DNA of 63,935 bases, the filler included, from Octopus bimaculoides (lineage: Eukaryota), in assembly GCF_001194135.2 (NCBI RefSeq). It is 6 parts of 5 records of this genome, joined end to end, with 100 filler letters (N's around TTAATTAATTAA, not from the genome) between each part and the next. Parts side by side here need not be neighbours in the genome. Positions count along the whole stretch, not along the records: positions 22,705 to 39,165 come from NC_068988.1; 5 more parts are not named here. The stretch is one strand, 5' to 3'. Under the pieces are notes generated by a model. It was not told the origin of the DNA and did no database searches. It saw only the letters and a program-made list of their open reading frames with translations. The position numbers were made by a program, and so were the translations under genes. Each line of letters starts with the position of its first letter. Positions within the stretch are counted from its first letter, which is position 1. Positions 23,097 to 35,152 of the stretch are shown here, in pieces.

Positions 23097-26000
23097 TCAG
23101 GTTGATATCTGATTCATGTCCTCGACATCAAGCAACTGGTCAGCCAAGAGGTCATCATCAATGCCATCATCATCATCAAGGAGTGTGTCGTTGTTGTCGT
23201 TTTTAGTGACCAATGGAGATTTTAGAGTCTGATTTCTCTGTGAAGAGCCGGACTGTGCGTGGGACAGTTTTACAATTCGGACGGGTGTTGAGGACACTGC
23301 AAGAAAGAAAAAGAAAAAATGTATTGTGCATTACATATATATCATCATCATCATCGTTTAACGTCCGCTTTCCATGCTAGCATGGGTTGGACTGAGGACT
23401 GGCAAGCCAGATGGCTACACCAGGCTCCAATCTGATTTGGCAGAGTTTCTACAGCTGGATGCTCTTCCTAACGCCAACCACTCTGATAGTGTAGTGGGTG
23501 TTTTTATGTGCCACCGGCACAAAGGCCAGTCAGGTGGTACTGGCAACAGCCATGCTCAAAATTGTGTATTTTACGTGCCACCTGCACAGGAGCCAGTCCA
23601 ACGCCACTGGCAACGATCTCACTCGAAAGTCTTTACCAGTCCTCAGTCAGATCATCCAACCCATGCTAGCATGGAAAGCGGACGTTAAACGATGCTGATT
23701 CTAAACAAAACTGTCCGACGAACGGGAACGTGAAACTCTGAGTAACAGTTTTTGATATTTTTGCTGCTTTATAATAAAGTATATATATACACGTATGCAC
23801 ACACATTCGCATACAAACACAACCATACACATAACTATGACACACACACACACTTAATCAGTACCAAAATTAAAGCGGTTCCAGCACACTGNNNNNNNNN
23901 NNNNNNNNNNNNNNNNNNNNNNNNNNNNNNNNNNNNNNNNNNNNNNNNNNNNNNNNNNNNNNNNNNNNNNNNNNNNNNNNNNNNNNNNNNNNNNNNNNNN
24001 NNNNNNNNNNNNCACATTCGCATACAAACACAACCATACACATAACTATGACACACACACACACTTAATCAGTACCAAAATTAAAGCGGTTCCAGCACAC
24101 TGACCATTTGTTTTTACTTCTCCATTAAGAATTTTCTGGCTTTCTTCAAAATATTGATTGGGATGTTGAAGGCCAAAACTGCATCCTTTGACACCTTGAG
24201 TGATTTCAAAATGCTTCATACAAGCCAATTGGTAATGTCCTTCGGTCACAAAATTCACCAGCTACAACAGAAAACATACAAATAAATTAAGGGTATTTAC
24301 CATTATTATTATTTATTTCTTTATTGCCCACAGGGGACTTAACATAGAGGGGACAAAGGGACACACGCACACACACAAAAAGCTTCTTTCTGTTTCAGCA
24401 AACCAAATCCACTCACAGAGCTTTGGCTGCCCAGAGATGTTGTAGGAGACACTTGCCCAAGGTGCCACACAATAGGGCTCAATTTGTATGGATTACATCG
24501 ATCCAGTGCATAACTGGTACTTATTTAATCGACCCCCGAAAAGATGAAAGGTAAAGTCGACCTCAGCGGAATTTGAACTCAGAACGTAATGGCAGATAAA
24601 ATACTGCTAGGCATTTCGTCCGGCGTGCTAACGATTCTGCCAGCTCACCACCTTTATCATTATTATCAAGGCAGACTCATTAGCATGCTAGATGAAATTG
24701 CTTAGTGGTATTTCACCTGTCACTACGTTCTGAGTTCAAATTCTGCCAAGGTTGACTTTGACATTCATCCTTTCGGGGTTGATAAAATAAGTACCAGTTA
24801 TGCACTGGGGTTCACTCCCAAGCTGCCCTTGTGGCAAATATTTGAAATAATTAATATTATAATCATTTAACATAAATGCTTCTATGCTTGTGTAGGTCAG
24901 ATGAAATTTGCTGAAGAAGATTTTCTATGGGCCAGGTGCCTTTCCAGTGGCCAACCCTCACTTGTTTCCAAGCAATGTAATATTTTCCCATGGCCAGACA
25001 TGTTTCCATGGAAACTAGAAACAAGGGGCGCTACATACATTTTGGTGGCCCTTGTTTACAACTATTGCATGATGTCAACATGGATACACACACACACACG
25101 CACAGAAAAAGCTTCTTTCGGTTTCGATCTACCAAATCCACTCACAAGGCTTTGGTCAGCCCGAGGTTATAGTAGAAGACACTTGCCCAAAGTGCCACAC
25201 AGTGGGACTGAACCCAGAACCATGTGGTTGGGAAGCAAGCATCTTATCACACACCCAACATTTCTCTTTTTTTTTTTTTTTAATGTTCCTTTATTTTCTC
25301 TGGACCTTTCTTACCTTTGCAACATTTTCCGCCGACATTCCTTGACCTTGGAATTTCTGTCGCAACAATGCAGGATCAGTGTGGCGGAAAACACAACCTG
25401 ACAAGAAAATATATGTAATTATTAAGAGACAAAAGAGTGAAATTACTGAACAAGCCAACACACACACACACACATGCGCGCGTGGCGAAGGAGCCTCCAC
25501 CTGGTCACTTGCTTTGCTAGAAATAGCAGACAAATCTCCCTTAAATTACACCCAACATCAAGAAGAAATTAATACAAATGCAAAATGTGAAAACAAAGAT
25601 GTGATGGTTTTAGCAAGAATTCCTTTAGAATGTATGTCTGTTGAGTCCTGAGGTTAACCTTTATGTTACCATATTTCTGTTGAAAGTAGTGAAGAATTTA
25701 CTAGAATAACTGCCATTATTAAGATGATGTTTCGAACCTAATTAACATCTTAGATCACTTGAAAACACTAAGTTTGTATCATCTTCTGAATCATATATAT
25801 ATATATATATATATTAAAAGAGAAGGCTGAAAAATGTCTGGTGTCATTTATTCCATCCTCCATGTTTGTTTACCAATTGGAATTACATCCTTATACATGT
25901 GGGAAAACATAAATCTCACATAAATAACTCCTAAGATTCTTTCATTGGCTTTAGCCAGAGGTTGGGGCCATGCTGGAACACCGCCTTTCAGATAGAGGAT

Positions 26001-29000
26001 GAAAATATTTTGCAGAAGTGAAATACACAGATGTGCTTCGTAAGGACCACAGCTTGGATTGTAACCCCTATCTACGTTATATATACATGTAAGAGAATTG
26101 AAATAGAAACTGTATGAAGGAAATTAACAAGCAAACAGGAAACAATATTATAGGAAATACTTACCCCCACCCAACTCGCTAAAACTGCAAATTTAGAAAA
26201 GAAAAATCTACTGGAAAAAAAATAACTGAAATTTTATTTGAAAATTGAAGCAGGAACAGGCAAGGAAAATTGAAAAAGGTGAGTTACTTCCCTTGAAATA
26301 AAAAAATATTGGAGAGTAACTTCCCTTGGATGAATTCGCGTCTACATGTTAAGTTTTTAGAAAAGTTAGTTTTATAATAGGATGGTATTTCTTTTCTACT
26401 CTAGGCACAAGGCCCGAAATTTTGGGGAAGGGGACCATTAGATCGACCTCAGTACGCAACCGGTACTTGATTTATCGAAGATGAAAGGCCAAGTCGACCT
26501 CGGCGGAATTTTGAACTCAGCATGCTAACGTTTCTGCCAGCTCACCGCCTTAATAGGAAGGTATTTCGTGTCAGCTCTACATTCTATGCATTGAGCACTG
26601 CTCTCTGTTCTATGCATTGAGCACTGCTCTCTGTTCTATGCATTGAGCACTGCTCTCTGTTCTATGCATTGAGCACTGCTCTCTGTTCTATGCATTGAGC
26701 ACTGCTCTCTGTTCTATGCATTGAGCACTGCTCTCTGTTCTATGCATTGAGCACTGCTCTATATTCTATGCATTGAGCACTGTGCTATGGTCTAGGCACT
26801 GAGCAGTACTCTATACTCACATCATGTTTCATCATAACACATCACACTTTTATAATAAAACAATGTACAATACACACCATGGTAGTCTCCATTAGCCGGA
26901 TGATTGCTTAGAATGATTTTAGCACAGCTGTAGGGCGTAAAATTGGCTCGTTTTCCTTCCTTTCCATAGTTGTACCGAACGTTATATGCATAGGCTTTTT
27001 CAAACTGCAATTTATATACAAACACATATATATATAAAAATATATAGACACACACATTTATGTATAGACATATATTATTATCTGAGCTAAATTTCTGTAA
27101 CAAGCCTACAAGACTTAAAGTTGCATTGAGACAAATCAGTGTTTTAAATAAAAAAATGTGACCCCTACTAAATGCGTTAAGTGCCCTTTCCTTTTGTTTA
27201 TCCACTCACCTTATATATTATATATGCCCCTGCCCATCTCATAATTCCTTGTCTTGCAAGTTACTTGGTAACCCTGTCAGTGCTGGTGCCACATAAAAAG
27301 CATCCAGTCCAATGTGGTTGGCATCTGGAAGGGCATTTGTTACTTTTCGTAAAAAAAGCCATTATTTTTTTTTTATATCCAATGTGCATTTTCGCTTTTT
27401 CTATTCTTACTTTCCCCACATATCTACGTGTAGTTTATTTTCCTCTTTGAAACCTATTTCTATTATATCGTCATTTAACATCCGCTTTCCATGCTAGCAT
27501 GGGTCGGACAGTTCGACCGGGGTCTGCACCAGGCTCCAATCTGATCTGGCAGAGTTTCTACAGCTGGATGCCCTTCCTAACGCCAACCACTCCATGAGTG
27601 TATTGGTGCTTTTCCGTGCCACCAGCACGAGGGCCAGTCACACAGTACTGGCAACGGCCATGCTCAAATGGTGTTTTTTACGTACCACCTGCACGGGAGC
27701 CAGTCCAGCGACACTGGCAACGACCTCACTCAAATGATTTTCTAACGTGCCACCAGCACAAGTGCTAGAAGGCGACGCTGGTAACGATTACGCTCAGTCC
27801 TGCAGTTTACTAGATTTTGTCAAAGTGTCCAACCCATGCCAGCATGGAAGACAGACATTAAATGATGATGATGATGATATGAATATAATGTAAATGTACG
27901 TACCTTATCTATACCGACAGACTGTGAAAGTTCTGCACCCCAGAAGCGCAAAGCATCTTCTAACAGGAGACCGATGCCCTTCAAGAATAGACCGTACTGT
28001 AAGCGTCCGCCATGTCGCAGGTGATGATGCTGGCGCAGACTTTGGTGTAGCTGCTGCATGCAGGGAGGAAATGACTTGCGAGACAACTGAAAGAAACCAG
28101 ATTGAAAGAGAAATGAGGAAAATAAGTAGATGCATTTATATGTACACAAAAATATATGTACATGTACCCCCCCCCCGATACCAATATCCCGCTGACTGGC
28201 CCCCACGCTGCTGGCACGTAAAAACCACCATTGGAACGTGGCCGATGCCAGTACCTCCTGACTTGCCCCTGTGCCGGTGGCACATAAAAAGCACTATCCA
28301 AACGTGATCGATGCCAAGCCTGCCTCACTGGCTCCTGTGCTGGTGGCACATAAAAAGCACTCACGACACTCTCGGAGTGGTTGGCATTAGGAAGGGCATC
28401 CAGCTGTAGAAACCCTGCCAGATCAGACTGGAGCCTGGTGCAGCCTTCTGGTTGCACTAGGCTCCAGAGTGATAAAGGAAAAAGGAGATGGAGAGTGATA
28501 GAGAATACAGAAACAGCTATATGACGATTATTGGTGAGATGATTGAATAGAAGTGGCATAAGCAGCATAACAGAGGAAGAAGGAAGAGATTGAAGGAGTA
28601 CTGGAAGTGACAGATGACAGATAAGAGAGAAAGGGTAACATCAAAGAGTGCAAAAAGGAAGAGAGACAGCTATATGAGGATTATTGGTGAGGTGATTCAA
28701 TAGAGACAGCATAATGGGAGGAGAAAGAATGATAGGTGTTAAGAATGTGTGACAGAGATAGATGAGAGAGTAATGTGAGTGAATGATAGGTAGGAATATA
28801 GATGAGTGATAGTAAAAGAGAGGGAGTAATAGATGTTTAATAATGTGATAACAGCAGGAGTAATGGGAGAGAGACAATGATGGCTTATAAGATTGAAATG
28901 CCTTTGTGCAAAATATAAAAATAGCGACAATTTACCCATCAGAACACACACACACAAGAGTATGTCTTTGTGTCTATGTTTGTACCCATCAATGGCTTGA

Positions 29001-31060
29001 CAACCAGTGTTGGTGTGTTTACATCCCTGTAACTTAGTGGTTCAGCAAAAGAAGCTGATAGAATAAGTAACAGGCTAAAACAAAAACGTACTGGGGGGAT
29101 GTCTACTGATTCGACTAAAGATTCTCCGAGGCAGTGCTCCAGCATGGCCACAGTCTAATGACTGAAACAAATAAAAGAATAAAAGAATGATTATTACAGA
29201 ATCCAGCATATCAACTGTGACGGCGCCAGCATTGTTTTTCTGACCGCTGAAATCTTCACCAAGGTAGGCTCGACTCAAATTATTCAGCAACGGTAAAAGA
29301 CGGTCATCTTCCTCCAGATGAGGCAAAGAACGGCAGGTGACCTGAAGGGAAAGGAAACGAAAAGAACTGAAGACAACAATGGACATATGGTCAAGAAAAT
29401 ACAGCAGTTCTTGGAGCTGTTGTTTGTTGTAATAGTAGTGTGTGTGTGTGGTCTAAAACAGTGAAATGAGGGGCAGCGCTTGAGACCAGTGTTTCCCAAC
29501 CTTTTTTTCCAGAACCCCACTTTTTAATAACAAATTTTCCAATGCCCCACTTTTTAATATCAAATTTTATGGTGCCCAACTTTTTAATAAATTTTCGGTG
29601 CCCCACTTTTTAATAACAAATTTTCCGGTGCCTCAATTTTTAATAAATTTTCCAATGCTCCTCAAATTTTCTGGTACCCCACTTTTTAATAACAAATTTT
29701 CCAGTGTCCCAGTTTCTAATAACAAAAAATCAGGTACCCATCAACATTTTTTTTTGAATATAGAAACACGATTTTTAATTCAATTACCTGGCTAACGGAT
29801 ACCTTAACTCATTTAGTAAGGACCCTGTACCTGGTGCATACGGCACAGTTCCTTGATTTGAGGAGACAATTTCTTTAACTTCAGCTGAAAGTCACCACGT
29901 TTTGTAATTTCAAGCCAGTTTCTCTTGGCTTCCAGCAAATTGTCAACTGCACTGAATCCACATTCGACCAAATAAGATGAAGGAAAACGAATCGATAATC
30001 CTCTTGGACAATTGATATTGAAACAGAGAAACAAACACCTAACAGATGCAGATACTACACTCGGTACACTGATTGGTCGTAGCTACATCGATTCCCATGG
30101 TTTAAGTATAAATATTGCATGGCAATGGTTTTTGTTTTTCATTTCAAAATACGTCCTGGGATTAATATAATCAAATATAATCGATTAAAAATTCCATTCA
30201 AAGTGGCACTCCAGCATGGCCATAGTTGAATGCCTGAAACCAGAAAAGAAAAAAGATGGTGCAGGAGTGGCTGTGTGGTAAGTNNNNNNNNNNNNNNNNN
30301 NNNNNNNNNNNNNNNNNNNNNNNNNNNNNNNNNNNNNNNNNNNNNNNNNNNNGGTTCAGTCCCACTGCGTGGCATCTTGGGCAAGTGCCTTCTACTCTAG
30401 CCTCAGGCCGACCAAAGCCTTGTGAGTGGATTTGGTAGACGGAAACTGAAAGAAGCCCATCGTATATATGGGTGTGTGTGTGTGTGTGTGTGCGTCCCCC
30501 AAGCATTGCTTGACAACTGATGCTAGTGTGTTTATGTCCTTGTCACTTGGCAGTTCGGCAAAAGAGACCGATAGAATAAGTACTAGGCTTACAAAGAATA
30601 AGTCCCAGGGTCGATTTGCTCGACTGAAGGCGGTGCTCTAGCATGGCCACAGTCAAATGACTGAAACAAGTAAAAGAGAGAAAAGAAAAGAATATCAAAA
30701 AAATTAATAAACTTACAGCTAAACCTTTTGAGAGTTGTTCCCTGAAGTGATTACTAATTAGTGAGATGAGGTCATTAAACTGGACATAAGCATAACCTCT
30801 TTGCAAGTAGACTTTTCGTGATCTGACCAAGTCAAGAACATCTGTGAAGCAGACTTTATAATAGTCAGAGCTGACAGTGCCACGACCACATTTTATTAGC
30901 TTCGGCATCAACTGGTCTTTCTCCTGTTCAGAAATCTGAAGAAAAGTAGAGAAAAATTAGGAAAAAATGAAGGAAATGGTTTCAGGGGTTTTTTGGAGGG
31001 GAGGGGTAATTAAAACTATAAATGATAATTCTTTCTGATGAAGCACCACTCGTGCAGACA

Positions 31061-31101
<41 letters not shown>

Positions 31102-31174
31102 CAAACAAGCACACNNNNNNNNNNNNNNNNNNNNNNNNNNNNNNNNNNNNNNNNNNNNNNNNNTCGTGCAGACA

Positions 31175-31215
<41 letters not shown>

Positions 31216-34200
31216 CAAACAAGCACACACACATCAAACAAGCAGACAGACAAGCACACACACACACATCAAACAAGCAGACAGTCAAACAGACAGACAA
31301 GCACAAGTACACACACATCGCACAAGCACACCCACACTAATGAACACACACACAGAGAACCAGACAAACGGACACATTAAAAGAGAGAAGCGTGAAGAGA
31401 AGTGAAGTACCTCCTCATAACCAATTTTGTTATCGTTAGCAAACTCCCTCTTCTCTTCTGTTGTAAGATTGGAAAAACGGTAACGAAACAGGTCTAATTC
31501 TTGCTGAAGAAACCAACGACGCAATTCTTCCCTGCAACAAAAATATAAAATCTATGGTCAATACCAGTTGGACTAAATATCTTGTAGCATTTGGCTGCGT
31601 TCCTATACGTTCTGAGTTCAAATCCCGCACAGATCTTCCTCCGCTTTGCATTCATACAAGGTTGATAAGACAAATGCCGCAGTTGTCTCCCTTGCCTTGT
31701 TCAGGCACAAAATAATGTCGTGGTTTGTTTATGCTGTTTAGCCGCAGATGATCAAAGACCTTCCAAGCATGACCATCTCTTCTTTTCTTTATATGCAGGG
31801 AACCCACGAACACATTAACTAAAGCTTGTTTTTTATTAAACGGGTAGGTGTGGCTGTGTGGTAAGAAGTTTGCTTCCTAACCACATGGTTCCAGGTTCAG
31901 TCCCACTGCGTAGCACCTTGGGCAAGTGTCTTCTACTGTAGCCTCGGGCCAACTAAAGCCTTATGAGGGGATTTGGTAGACGGAAACTGAAAGAAGCCCA
32001 TCAAACATAGATATAGGAGTGGCTGTAAGAGAAGTAGCTTGCTCACCAACTACATGGTTCTGGGTTCAGTTCCACTACGTGGCATTATTCTAGTATTACA
32101 AACTGTAGCAATCTGCACTGAGCTTCTACATGGTCACTTGGTCTGCTAGAAATAACAGCCAATTCTCAAATACAAACCTAAGGAACAGATTGTTAAAAGC
32201 AGTGATGACTGAAAACAACTATCCAAGACAGGTAAAATCTGTCAGACTTCTAAACACATTGTTTTTGGCTTAATTTCACTCACAAGGTGGCAGTGTCAAT
32301 CCTGAATCTATGAGAGATGATGCTTGCTCCGAGATGCTTCGTAGAGATGAGAAAGAAACAGAGTCGTTGGCACACAAAACAATAACATAAAGAAGTTCTA
32401 AAAATCAACTTACGATCGACAATAAGCAAGTCGAAGAATAAAGTGTGAAACATGATCAAATCGACCGGTTTTCTGAAAGAAGAAGAAATTTTAAAATTAT
32501 GTATGTATGGATTTTTACATATTAATATAAACAAATATATACATATATTATGCACCATACAACCATAGGAGAGGTCCTCTCCTTCATTGGACACTAAAAC
32601 TCTGCTTGCGAAGACCTGTTGGGGCAAGTGAAATCGAAATCGTAATTGAACCATATTCGAACACTGGCACCTGCACCAGTGGATCACTAACAGAACTGTC
32701 CGAGCGTGTTCATTGCCAGAGCAGCTGTCTGGCTTCTGTGCTATTGGCCCGTAAACAGCACCATTTGAGCGGAATCATTACCAGCTTTGCTTTCTAGAAC
32801 TTGTGCTGGTGGCACGTTAGAAAATCATTGGAGCACATCAGGGGTTTAGGGTTTAGGGTTAGATTTAAGGTTAGGGTTTTGGATTCAGGGTTACGGTTAG
32901 GATTAAAGATAAGGGTTAGGGTTTAAGGTTAGGATTAGGGTTTAGGATTTTGGGTTAGGGGTTAGTGTTAGGGTTTAAGGTTAGGGGTTAGGTTAGGATT
33001 AGGGTTAGTGTTAGGGTTTGGGTTAGGATTAAGGTTTAGGGATGGGATTAGGGTTACTCCGAAAACGGGCGGTGTACCTATTCTTTACCTCCGTCCTAAA
33101 TAACAAATAATACTTACTCTTATTTCCTTCCATATTTTGGTAGTCTTCAGTTTGGCCCGCAGTTCACGGTTGTAGTCGTCGTTTAGCTTGACGTATTGAA
33201 GACCCAAAGACTCAACTATTTTCAAAACTGGGAAAAAACAAATATAAGACAGGTAAAATATTGAATAAAGATGGTCACTTCCATCGATTCCGAAAGAAAG
33301 GATTAAGGGCACCAATTTTTGAGAGAGGGGGGGGGGTAAATCAATCAATTACATCGATCCCCAGTGTTCAATTGGTGCTCATTTTATCAAACCCCCCAAA
33401 AATGAAAAGCAAAGTCGACTTTAGTGGAATTTGAACTCAGAATGTCAGGACGAACGAAATGCCATTAAGCATTTTGTCCGACTTATCATAATAGTAACAA
33501 TAATAATAGTACTGGGATATGCCAATACACACAGATAGAGAAATTAAGGCAAATAGACCAGATATAGTTGTCAAAGATCATGAAGAAAAAAAATGCTTTC
33601 TAATTGATGTATCAATACCAGCAGATGACAACGTTTCTCGAAAAGAAATGGAAAAACTTTCAAAATACAAAGACCTGGAAATAGAGATAACTCGAATGTG
33701 GAGTCTAAAAACAGAAACAATTCCTATCATAGTAGGTGCCTGAGGTATAATAAAAAAAATATTCAGACAAATACATAACAAAAACACCAGGACTTACAAA
33801 TATATATAACATACAGAAAATTGCACTACTGGGTACTGCACACATTCTACGCAAAACACTTTCAATACAGTAAACATAAGAGCACCACAGCACATACCCA
33901 AGGCGCACAGAGCTGCGCTCGGTAGTGAAGTGAAAGCACATTATAAAAATAAAACTACTGAACAATAATAATAATAATAAATGAAAGAGCTTAGATTAGA
34001 GAAGACGGGGATCCGGCAAAGCTGCAGCAATCACCATTTAACATCTGTTTCCATGCCAACATATTCGTTTAATACGCATTTTTTACACCTATTATAATTG
34101 TTTTTGCTTTTTGGTGGCCGAGTGTAACCGACTTACCCCACTCCCACCCCCCAAAAATTGCTAAGTTACGGGGACGTAAACACACCAACATCGATTGTCA

Positions 34201-35008
34201 AGCGATAGTGGAGGGACAAACAGACAAAAATATAATGTTGGTGTGTTTACGTCCCCGTAACTTATCGGTTCGGCAAAAGACATCGATAGAATAAGTACCA
34301 AGCTTACAAAGTGGTGGATTTCTTCGACTAAAAGGCGGTGCTCCAGCATGGCCACAGTCAAATGACTGGAACAAGTAAAAGAATACAGTGGGTTTCAACT
34401 GGGGTCCATCTGACCCCTGGGGGTGTCCATGCAAGTGAAATAGTACATTGGGTACACAAAACAGTATATGAAGGACCCATGAAAAAATTTTGACTTAGAT
34501 TTATTTATTTTTAGGAACAGCTGGGTTTCTTTCTCTAACGTCGAGGTCAACCTACACAAAGAATTTTTGAAAGAAATACCAAGAAACTAGTTTTTAAACA
34601 CCGTGAGGGTACAGGGGTCCAACAAAATAAAACAGTAATTAAAGGGGTTCATAGGTAGAGAAAAAAATAGTTTAGAAACAACTCTACATCATCAAAAACG
34701 TATCTCTGCAGAAGATCATAAAAAACATGGATCTTAACGAAAGTTACGAGGAAACCAAAATAGGGACAGGAGGGGGGCCCTATTATGTAGTTATACCAAA
34801 TAAACAGTATATATTACATGTATATAAACATTATATATATTATATACATACTTTTAACTCTCTCAATAGCGAAGTCTTCAAATTCCTGTAAAGATATATC
34901 GTCATTGGGAGACACATTATAAATGGTTAATTTCGCATCGTCTTCATTATAATTTGAAGAAATTGCTTTTATCGAAGATTTCTTCAGTCTTTTCGGAGCA
35001 ATTTCCAT
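23097..35008 (-). CDS. PRIM2: DNA primase large subunit (p58), complete CDS, 11 exons, 519 aa
   Basis: Exons 35008-34852, 33227-33118, 32472-32414, 31531-31411, 30935-30717, 29341-29198, 28086-27904, 27004-26878, 25397-25315, 24261-24105, 23296-23097 total 1560 nt, all GT-AG and in frame. Motifs: [118 protein letters not shown] (4Fe-4S cysteines present). Confidence 0.98.
26582..26782 (+). repeat. 26-bp minisatellite, about 7.7 near-identical copies, PRIM2 intron 8
   Basis: Unit TTCTATGCATTGAGCACTGCTCTCTG starts at 26582, 26608 ... 26764. Confidence 0.95.
29487..30040 (-). mobile_element. hAT (Buster/Charlie-like) transposon 3' end with subterminal repeats
   Basis: TIR CAGTGTTTCCCAACCTTTTT at 29487. 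About seven 27-30-bp repeats (CCCCACTTTTTAATAACAAATTTTCCGGTG) at 29510-29712. ORF 30034-29813 reads [29 protein letters not shown], a hAT C-terminal dimerisation region. Confidence 0.88.
32842..33056 (+). repeat. Degenerate interstitial telomere-like tract (TTAGGG variants), PRIM2 intron 2
   Basis: About 215 nt of TTAGGG/TTTAGGG/TTAGGA/TTAAGG units ending about 60 nt from the exon 2 donor. Confidence 0.9.
33510..33980 (+). mobile_element. 5'-truncated R4/Dong-like non-LTR retrotransposon (restriction-like endonuclease domain)
   Basis: [36 protein letters not shown]...[20 protein letters not shown]...IPIIVGA*GIIKK...[14 protein letters not shown]: a PD-(D/E)xK REL motif with one internal stop. 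(AAT)n lies on both sides. Confidence 0.88.
34386..34685. mobile_element. Possible hAT-like MITE remnant
   Basis: Starts CAGTGGGTTTCAACTGGGGTCC with repeated GGGGTCCA motifs like the 5827 element. The right TIR is weak and no TSD was found. Confidence 0.4.
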
Positions 35009-35140
35009 ATTTCTAATTTGGTAAGTAGCTATATAAAAGCTAATCCGTGAAATTACTTATTTTTGGTAGTTATTTTCATATAAAGAACGGGTGTTTATGA
35101 AAATCTGGTTTGCATTATATACAATGTCAGAAAATCGTAG

Positions 35141-35152
35141 TTTCCCGCCATC
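35141..35152 (-). promoter_or_regulatory. E2F-type site (TTTCCCGCC) overlapping a YY1-like CGCCAT core, upstream of PRIM2
   Basis: TTTCCCGCCATC lies about 133 nt upstream of the PRIM2 ATG and matches the E2F consensus TTTSSCGC typical of replication genes. Function is inferred. Confidence 0.55.

Noticed and set aside
23803-24101. 89-bp direct duplication flanking a gap (similar case at 31052-31230)
   Set aside because: Identical sequence on both sides of an N run is typical of unmerged contig overlap.
26582-26782. CRISPR-like direct repeats
   Set aside because: The units are contiguous with no spacers; this is a minisatellite.
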